Positions 57,595-64,000 of a stretch of 64,000 bases of DNA are shown here, piece by piece. How positions within the stretch are numbered: the stretch's first letter is position 1; each line of letters starts with the position of its first letter. The DNA lies in contig JAHZMA010000061.1 in assembly GCA_022599575.1 (NCBI GenBank), positions 4,480 through 68,479 on the forward strand, read 5' to 3'. Origin of the DNA: Alphaproteobacteria bacterium. GTDB taxonomy: Bacteria > Pseudomonadota > Alphaproteobacteria > JABAAW01 > JAHZMA01. Under the pieces are notes generated by a model. The model ran no database searches, was not told where the DNA came from, and was given only the letters and a program-made list of their open reading frames with translations. The translations under genes and the position numbers were made by a program.

Positions 57595-58575
57595 TTATAT
57601 TTTACTATCCCCATCTTGATGCGGGCGTTCAATTTTCTTTATCGCCTCACGCACTGCAATCACAATGCCTGCCCCCACAATTAAAACCGCACCCGGGAAT
57701 AGTTTATCAAGCGGATTTTCACCAAAAAACACCCAACCAAAAAATAGAGCATATAACAAGCCAAAATATTGAAATGATGCCAGTAAACTTGCTTGCGACA
57801 TTCGATAGGCAAAGCTAATACATAATACGCCAAATGTGCCAAATAGCCCCGATAATAACATCAAGAATAAATCTCTTAAATTGTTAATGGGCTGCCACTC
57901 AAAAATAAATGTCAGCGCAAGCGCGCCCAAAATCGTGGCAATAATTTGTGCATAAGTAATCAGCACCAAATTATCATCACTTTTCGGAAAAAATGATAAG
58001 GTGGTGATGGCGCAGGCAAAGGTGATTGCCGATAATACTGTTAGCAAATAAAACGGCAATTTTTCTATCTCTAAAAACACCCCCTCGCCCACAATTAAAA
58101 ATGTGCCTATCAGCCCGATAATAATTGCGCTACCACGCCAGATACCGCATTTTTCTTTCAGTAATAACATCGCCAGAATCGTGACGAAGATTGAGCTGGT
58201 ATAGCTTAATGCCCGTGCCAACCCCAATTCAATGTAATGCAGTGCCGTGAAAAACGATGTTTGCGAGGCGATGATAAAAAATCCACGCAAAAATAATAGC
58301 TTAAAACGTGGCATATTGAGATGATGACGTTTTTTAGCCGTAAAATAGCCAGACCCCCATAGCATGAATAACACAACGATAACAGCACTTAAATTCCGCA
58401 TAAAGGCAAGAAAACTGCCTTGATAGCCATAAACACCTAGATGTTTAATCAGCATATTCATAACAGAAATAAATGCCAAACCAATAAGAATCATCAAAAT
58501 ACTGGGTAAAGCAGCGCCGTGTCCGACATTTTTGGTGAATGAGCGAAATAACTTAATCATGGTAATAATCTTCAT
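57595..58575 (-). CDS. EamA/DMT-family transporter
   Basis: Ten TM helices in two EamA repeats. Probably co-transcribed with bioY, given the 63-nt gap. Confidence 0.7.
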   Translation of the reverse strand: MKIITMIKLFRSFTKNVGHGAALPSILMILIGLAFISVMNMLIKHLGVYGYQGSFLAFMRNLSAVIVVLFMLWGSGYFTAKKRHHLNMPRFKLLFLRGFFIIASQTSFFTALHYIELGLARALSYTSSIFVTILAMLLLKEKCGIWRGSAIIIGLIGTFLIVGEGVFLEIEKLPFYLLTVLSAITFACAITTLSFFPKSDDNLVLITYAQIIATILGALALTFIFEWQPINNLRDLFLMLLSGLFGTFGVLCISFAYRMSQASLLASFQYFGLLYALFFGWVFFGENPLDKLFPGAVLIVGAGIVIAVREAIKKIERPHQDGDSKI

Positions 58576-58632
58576 TCTTGTTTATCACAGCATGAAAGGT
58601 CAAACAATCATTCCTCGCATCTATTATGTTTT

Positions 58633-58666
58633 AAAAGAAAAATGGTGGTAAGCAATGCTTACCACC
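58633..58666 (-). terminator. Rho-independent terminator after flgK
   Basis: Stem GGTGGTAAGC / GCTTACCACC, followed on the minus strand by ATTTTTCTTTT. Confidence 0.7.
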
Positions 58667-58739
58667 CAGTTGGATGGAGACAACCTGTATCGGTTACTGG
58701 CAAAAGAAGCCACCCGCTTCCATGCCAACCTGCGCCTAA

Positions 58740-60161
58740 TTAAATGGCGCGAAATAAATCATCAAACATGCTATTGATGGTGGCAATAATCCTCGCATTT
58801 GCGGCATAAAGCGTTTGCAATTGTTGGATATGCGTTAATTCTTCATCGCTATTAACCCCTGTGCGATTCACCAGCTGTTCTTTTAAGCCATCACGCACTG
58901 CACCATCGGTTTTCGCAAGCGAATCATATCTATTAATCGTTTGCCCTAACAGACTGATAATGCCATTGGCTAAATCAGTATAGCTTTTATTGGTTTGCTG
59001 TAATGTAGCGGTTAAATTTGTATTGGTAATATTGCGTGTTTCTAATCCCAACACATCAATCACATTATCGTCCGTATTATCTGTTTGCACCGTATCAATT
59101 GGAATGCGATTAATACCATCTCGTAAATCAGAATTAACGGTAATATTTCGGGCAGTGGCATCAGCATTAAAAAATGTAAATGGCGGTGTGCCGCTGTTAC
59201 GCTCAAATGCTTCATTAAATGATGTTATATCCGTGCTACTGGTTAATTGTTCAACAAAATTATCCAAAATTAACTCATATTTGGCAATGAGGGCGATATT
59301 ATCATCTCTATTTTGCGTATTGGTTGCACCATCGCGAATAAGGTTGAAATGCGCTTTGAGTGACCCGTTCGAAAGCAGATTGCGATCATTATCGGCAATC
59401 ACATTTTCATCATCACCGATTGTGATTTCACGTGTGCCACTATTATAGGCAAGTTCGCGTGGCTGACCGCTGCTTCCTAATAACAAATGCCCCGTGCGAC
59501 TATAGACACTCACAACGCCACTTTCATTGGTAGAAGTCTGTACCGCAAGAATAGTCGAAAGCTCATTTAATGCTGTATCACGTTCATTTTCAAGCACACC
59601 AGTTGATATATCCTGTGCTTTGGCGTTAGCAATACGCGCATTTAGCCTGCCAATTTCGCGCAACAAACTATTGGCATCGCGAATATCAGAATTGATATTG
59701 GTATTGGCATCATTACGTAACCTGCCAAGCTCAACCGCAAAAGATGAAATCTCATCTGCCAAATTTTGGCCGCTATTAACCACAGCATCTTGTGCCGAAT
59801 CAAGGTCGGGGCTGGCTTGCAAATCGCGCCAACTTTGCACAAAACGCTCAAACGAATCGGTTAATTTAGGTGTTTTACCATCTATCCCTAACAGCCCTTT
59901 TAATGATGCAAGATATTTCTGTAATGTATCACTTTCGCCCGCTGTACCACGTTGCAATAATAATTCACGGCTGATGCCAATATCATTAACGCGCTCAGGT
60001 GTGCCTAAATATACAAAATTACCATTATAGCGGTATTTAACTTCAAGCCTTTGATAATCAGGGTCGTTGGCACTGCTAACATTCTGCGAATGATATTGCA
60101 GACCAGTGCCAATTTGCAGGGCATTATTAGATGTAGAACGTAATGCGGTGAATAAAGACAT
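58740..60161 (-). CDS. flgK: Flagellar hook-associated protein 1 (FlgK), short form
   Basis: N-terminal MSLF.AL......L...........NV.NAN....Y.R and C-terminal DEEL..I...Q..Y.A.A+ motifs. Confidence 0.8.
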   Translation of the reverse strand: MSLFTALRSTSNNALQIGTGLQYHSQNVSSANDPDYQRLEVKYRYNGNFVYLGTPERVNDIGISRELLLQRGTAGESDTLQKYLASLKGLLGIDGKTPKLTDSFERFVQSWRDLQASPDLDSAQDAVVNSGQNLADEISSFAVELGRLRNDANTNINSDIRDANSLLREIGRLNARIANAKAQDISTGVLENERDTALNELSTILAVQTSTNESGVVSVYSRTGHLLLGSSGQPRELAYNSGTREITIGDDENVIADNDRNLLSNGSLKAHFNLIRDGATNTQNRDDNIALIAKYELILDNFVEQLTSSTDITSFNEAFERNSGTPPFTFFNADATARNITVNSDLRDGINRIPIDTVQTDNTDDNVIDVLGLETRNITNTNLTATLQQTNKSYTDLANGIISLLGQTINRYDSLAKTDGAVRDGLKEQLVNRTGVNSDEELTHIQQLQTLYAANARIIATINSMFDDLFRAI

Positions 60162-60172
60162 GGTTAATCCAA

Positions 60173-60745
60173 TTAAATCTCGTGCTTAAAGCCTAATGGT
60201 TGATAAGCCGTTTTTTTCACCTGCCCGTGCTGATTATAAGAAAGCACTGGCGCATTATTTGATTGTTCGTTGCTGACAGCATCTAGGATTCTGGCAGAAA
60301 TTTTTAGGGCAATCGTTAATCTTTTTTCATTAATTTCAGCGGCTTTTTCATAACGCGAAAACATTGTTTTTAGATTTTCCCGCATCGCACTATTCAATTC
60401 GCCTGCAAAATTTTTCAATGAGCCAATGGTCGCAAGAAAACCATGATATTCATCAAATAGATGTTTTTTCTGATCGCTGACGACTTTCAGCCTATCAAAA
60501 TTCAGCAATGGCTTATGAATGATTAAATCATTTTCTTTATCTAAAATATCAATGAGACTGCCAACAATGCGCTGTAATTCTTGTGCTTTTTGTTCAGGAT
60601 TCAACGCGGTCGATGCAAAGACCATATTAGGAGCTGATTCAAGCTGCTTATCTAAAGCATGTGATGCCAGATTATTTGCTTGGGGCTTGTTTGTTTGTGG
60701 ATGAGTCTTTTGCTGACTCTTCTCCACTTTTAGTTCCTCCGCCAT
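60173..60745 (-). CDS. FlgN-like flagellar chaperone candidate (uncharacterised)
   Basis: All-helical and acidic. It sits between the rod-binding gene and flgK, 11 nt from flgK. The start is uncertain: the ATG at 60745 overlaps the upstream gene by 74 nt, and the ATG at 60625 is the alternative. Confidence 0.4.
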   Translation of the reverse strand: MAEELKVEKSQQKTHPQTNKPQANNLASHALDKQLESAPNMVFASTALNPEQKAQELQRIVGSLIDILDKENDLIIHKPLLNFDRLKVVSDQKKHLFDEYHGFLATIGSLKNFAGELNSAMRENLKTMFSRYEKAAEINEKRLTIALKISARILDAVSNEQSNNAPVLSYNQHGQVKKTAYQPLGFKHEI

Positions 60746-61088
60746 TTCTATTTTCCTCCTGCAGTGCCAATAATTCTTTATAGACACTATCTGCTATCCC
60801 GATGCCCCCTGACTGCGTAATCGCCTCTGCGAAATGCTCGTTCATTTGGGAGCGCCATATTTTTTCTGCATTTCCGCCATCGCCAATGGTATCTTCCGAA
60901 CCAATGGTTTTGGTCATGCTTTCCAAAACAGTCTGTAAAAAAAATGATTCAAACTGTTGTGCCGTTTCCCGCAATACATCTTTAGGCGCATTTTTATCGC
61001 CTAATCTTTTAACAAGCTTTAAATCAGGTGCTTGCGGTTGTAAGTTTATATCAAGCAAATTTTGTGCCAAACCAAACCCATCAGACAT
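60672..61088 (-). CDS. Flagellar rod-binding protein (FlgJ N-terminal-domain-like, no muramidase domain)
   Basis: The block A.QFESFFL..VL.SM+ is typical of the Rod_binding domain. Only 13 nt separate it from flgI. Confidence 0.7.
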   Translation of the reverse strand: MSDGFGLAQNLLDINLQPQAPDLKLVKRLGDKNAPKDVLRETAQQFESFFLQTVLESMTKTIGSEDTIGDGGNAEKIWRSQMNEHFAEAITQSGGIGIADSVYKELLALQEENRNGGGTKSGEESAKDSSTNKQAPSK

Positions 61089-61101
61089 TTTAAAACACTC
61101 C

Positions 61102-62253
61102 TTACATCAATTCGATGCTTGCTTGCAATGCACCCGATTTATGTAATGCTTGCAAAATTTCAATCATATCACGTGGTTGCACACCCAGCGCATTCAGCCC
61201 ATTGACCACATCTTCTAATGTGGTTGCATTTTCTAAATCACGAAACGCGCCTGCTTGTTCAGTTACTTCGCCTGCCTCGTCAGTTATCTGCAGACTTAAA
61301 TTGCCTTGCGCGATTGATACGGGGCTAATTTGCACCCCTGCGCCCATCACCACAATGCCTGCATGTTCGTTAATCACCACCCGTGCCGCCCGATCGACGA
61401 CCACCCGTAATTGTTCAATATCAGCAATCAGCTGATTCACAGAATTGCGGTAAAGCGGTGGCACACGCACCAAAACTGTACCAGGGTCACTGGTATCGGC
61501 AATTTCATTGCCCAGAAAACTATTAATCGCTAGAACCATTCTGCGCGCCGTCGTAAAATCGGGATTATGCAATGCCATTCTAATTTCTGTTTTATCTTCT
61601 AAATTAAAGGCAATCTCATTTTCTACAATTGCCCCACTGGCAATGCGTCCCGATGTTGGCACGCCACGTGGTGCATCAGGATCTGCCAAACCGCCACGCG
61701 GTGCCACCAAAGATGATAAGGAAATCGTGCCTTGCCCAACCGCATAGACTTGCCCATCAGCTGCTACCAAAGGTGTCGCTAATAATGTACCACCTTGTAA
61801 GGATTCGGAATCGCCTAATGCTGAAACAGTAATGTCAATGGTTGCGCCATGTCGTGCAAAAGGTGGTAGCACAGCGGTAACAATCACTGCCGCCACATTG
61901 GTGGTGCGTAACCTATCGCTATTGGCGTTAACACCCAACCGTTCTAACACGCCTACCAAGCTTTCGCGGGTAAATACCGAATTTTCTAGCCTGTCGCCCG
62001 TGCCTGAAAGCCCAACAACCAAGCCATAACCAACCAAAAGGTTAGAACGAACACCTTCAAAGCCAGCAATATCTTTGATGCGCGGCTGGGCAACAGCTAC
62101 CGAAACCACCAAACCAGCGGTATAGCCAATTAAAATCACACATAAAAATAGCAGCACCGAAATCACACGCCCACCACCCTCAAAGCGGTTACGCTTGCCG
62201 TGCTTCATTTTTGCGTTATCGCGATATGCCCGATAGGGATTTTCTTTACTCAT
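61102..62253 (-). CDS. flgI: Flagellar P-ring protein FlgI
   Basis: RIKDI....GVR.N.L.GYGLVVGL.GTGD and LQGG.LL.TPL...DG.VYA.AQG motifs. The start is placed downstream of the sigma54 promoter. The ATG at 62208 is also possible. Confidence 0.85.
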   Translation of the reverse strand: MSKENPYRAYRDNAKMKHGKRNRFEGGGRVISVLLFLCVILIGYTAGLVVSVAVAQPRIKDIAGFEGVRSNLLVGYGLVVGLSGTGDRLENSVFTRESLVGVLERLGVNANSDRLRTTNVAAVIVTAVLPPFARHGATIDITVSALGDSESLQGGTLLATPLVAADGQVYAVGQGTISLSSLVAPRGGLADPDAPRGVPTSGRIASGAIVENEIAFNLEDKTEIRMALHNPDFTTARRMVLAINSFLGNEIADTSDPGTVLVRVPPLYRNSVNQLIADIEQLRVVVDRAARVVINEHAGIVVMGAGVQISPVSIAQGNLSLQITDEAGEVTEQAGAFRDLENATTLEDVVNGLNALGVQPRDMIEILQALHKSGALQASIELM

Positions 62254-62292
62254 GATGGTCTTCTGTATCAAATTTATTATAGTGGTAACAAA

Positions 62293-62307
62293 GCAAGATA
62301 TGTGCCA
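62293..62307 (-). promoter_or_regulatory. Sigma54 promoter (TGGCAC-N5-TTGC) for the flgI operon
   Basis: The reverse complement of 62293-62307 reads TGGCACATATCTTGC, a perfect match to the -24/-12 consensus. It lies 40-54 nt upstream of the ATG at 62253. Confidence 0.65.
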
Positions 62308-62352
62308 AATCATATCGGTAATGGAATGATTTTATGGTAAACAGCGATTATC

Positions 62353-63201
62353 TTAAAAACGATTTTGCCTAATGCTGTTAAGTCCGCCTGCAATTTCCTG
62401 ATGCAAATATTCTGCCAGTAATTTGCGATTACCATCGAATTTTTCTATTGATGTGATAGGGTGGAATATCACCTCAATTTCAATCGGTCCTAATGCCAAA
62501 AATTCTGATAAATGCGGTGCCAATTCCATATCGCCATACCATGCACATAGGGGTTCGTAAATGCGCCCCATTGGCAATCCGTAATGTTTCTTGTAACTGA
62601 TGGTTACGGGTTGAATTGGAATTGATGTTTGTGTGTGCAATGTTAAAGGCTGAAATAAGGTGGATTTCATCGGTAAAACCGTTACACCATTGGTCGATGT
62701 GCCTTCGGCAAAAACAATCAGAGGAATCGGTTTATCAAGCGCATTGCCCAACATGGTAATATGGTGTTCGGCATGTTTTTTATTGCGTTCAATAAAAATT
62801 GTACCTTGCCGTTTTGCTAAATAACCTATCAGTGGCCAGTGTCGCACATCGGCACGCGATACAAATCTGCCACCAATCACTGACCCCAGCGCCATAATAT
62901 CCAAATAAGAAAGGTGATTCGAACAAAACATGCCACTTTGGTGATGCGACATTTTTTGACCATGTATCTTTACTTTAATACCCAATATTTTCAATGCTGT
63001 TTTATGCCATGAGCGACTAATCCAAATTGGCACTTGCTTTCCCACTATAATCCAAGGCAATCCGATCATACTCAAAACCAATGTTAGCCATAATATTGCC
63101 ACCAGTTTGTAATATTTTTTGAATGGGGCGCTGGCTTCATAAAGCGGTGGCAATGATTGATGATTCATAGAATGATTTTGGTGACTAGTCGCTTTCATCA
63201 C
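62353..63201 (-). CDS. olsA: Lysophospholipid/lyso-ornithine-lipid acyltransferase (PlsC family, OlsA-like)
   Basis: NHLSYLD (HX4D) and FAEGT(S) acyltransferase motifs. It lies immediately downstream of, and overlaps, the OlsB-like gene. Confidence 0.6.
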   Translation of the reverse strand: MMKATSHQNHSMNHQSLPPLYEASAPFKKYYKLVAILWLTLVLSMIGLPWIIVGKQVPIWISRSWHKTALKILGIKVKIHGQKMSHHQSGMFCSNHLSYLDIMALGSVIGGRFVSRADVRHWPLIGYLAKRQGTIFIERNKKHAEHHITMLGNALDKPIPLIVFAEGTSTNGVTVLPMKSTLFQPLTLHTQTSIPIQPVTISYKKHYGLPMGRIYEPLCAWYGDMELAPHLSEFLALGPIEIEVIFHPITSIEKFDGNRKLLAEYLHQEIAGGLNSIRQNRF

Positions 63202-63997
63202 GCATAAAATGCTTAAAATAACGTGGTGAAATTTCGTGAATCGGCATAATCATACAGACATCAACCGTATCAAATTTATGGTCAATATAAATTCCTTCGC
63301 CAATATAAGCGCCAACCCTGATATAGCCTTTAATCAAAGGTGGAATATCGCGCAACACATGGCGCGACAAATTGTTGGTTTCATCAAACGGCAAAACATC
63401 ATAATCAGAAAGCGAATAGGAGCGAATGTCAGCAGGCGCAAGATTATGGTGATGCAGTAACGCAATCGCAGTTTCATGCTTTTGTGGGTCAGCACCATGA
63501 AAGCTGGCACACCCCACCAACACATCAATATCATAATGGGTGATATAACGGCTAAGCCCACGCCAAAGCAAGCTAATCACCTGTTTGGTTCGATATTCAC
63601 TCCGCACACAAGAACGCCCCAATTCCAATATATTATTAAATTTTTTCTTGATTTTGCTAATATCATATTCACCTTCAGTATAGAATTTCTGGCCATCACT
63701 TAGTTTTTCTTGGCGCATCAAGCGATAACTGCCAACCAACTGGCCATATTCATCATCGGCAAGTGCGCTATCAAATACCAGCAAATGGTCGCTAACATCA
63801 TCAAACGGATCAATATCGCGCTTTTGCGCGCGCGTTTGTTCCGAAGATTCCGCATGTAATTCCTCAAAGAATACCTTATAGCGTAACCTTTGGCTGAGCA
63901 AAATATCATTGTGATGGGTTACCAAACGCATCGATAGACTGCCTTGTACAATATCAGAAAAATCTGGCAGGTCATTTATATTTTTTTGTGTCACCAT
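63185..63997 (-). CDS. olsB: GNAT-family N-acyltransferase, OlsB-like (ornithine lipid synthesis)
   Basis: LRL.......L..SQRLRY.VF.EE and GSYRL blocks, as in OlsB/hemolysin-like acyltransferases. Paired with a PlsC-family gene. Confidence 0.6.
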   Translation of the reverse strand: MVTQKNINDLPDFSDIVQGSLSMRLVTHHNDILLSQRLRYKVFFEELHAESSEQTRAQKRDIDPFDDVSDHLLVFDSALADDEYGQLVGSYRLMRQEKLSDGQKFYTEGEYDISKIKKKFNNILELGRSCVRSEYRTKQVISLLWRGLSRYITHYDIDVLVGCASFHGADPQKHETAIALLHHHNLAPADIRSYSLSDYDVLPFDETNNLSRHVLRDIPPLIKGYIRVGAYIGEGIYIDHKFDTVDVCMIMPIHEISPRYFKHFMRDESD

Positions 63998-64000
63998 ATT

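Noticed and set aside
1-64000. A multi-gene defence or toxin system (restriction-modification, TA, CBASS-like, etc.)
   Set aside because: Apart from the solitary methyltransferase and the partial SNase-like gene, every ORF of reasonable length is assignable to housekeeping, transport, envelope or motility functions, or is an uncharacterised OMP or membrane protein. I see no nuclease, ATPase or helicase of unknown type. I therefore do not claim such a system.

Overview
The window reads as an AT-rich alphaproteobacterial chromosome segment made up mostly of housekeeping operons. All product calls come from motif recognition by eye, with no searches run. Conserved blocks:
- lptF-lptG-lptD-surA-pdxA-rsmA, divergent from pepA
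- rpoZ-spoT
- DUF2062-pdxJ-acpS
- rph ... rdgB-hemW
- class II ribonucleotide reductase nrdJ
- NDUFA12-like, two mlaD genes and DUF2155
- a sigma54-driven flgI / rod-binding / FlgN-like / flgK operon
- olsB-olsA

Accessory or unusual content:
1. A three-unit tandem amplification (2022-6998) of a membrane-anchored PQQ-type (GSDH-family) dehydrogenase gene. A fossil 5' end of the neighbouring uppP gene marks each junction, and copies 1 and 2 share a gene-conversion tract.
2. A 500-nt non-coding block (25198-25699) between tRNA-Met(CAU) and a solitary beta-class DNA methyltransferase, dense in repeats and G6/C6 runs.
3. Four perfect in-frame 15-nt tandem duplications and two degenerate ones, all in unrelated genes.
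4. Two paralogous uncharacterised outer-membrane proteins directly upstream of a Tup-like oxyanion ABC importer and two EamA exporters.
5. Genes typical of marine osmolyte use: a DddP-like M24 enzyme and a non-Pyl MttB-family methyltransferase.
6. A secreted ankyrin-repeat protein next to an SNase-like nuclease.
7. A 56-codon zf-CHCC (NDUFS6-like) gene that falls below the ORF-track cutoff.

I see no CRISPR array, transposase, integrase, rRNA or recognisable multi-gene defence system. The candidates for something new are items 1 to 4, and none is proven from sequence alone.
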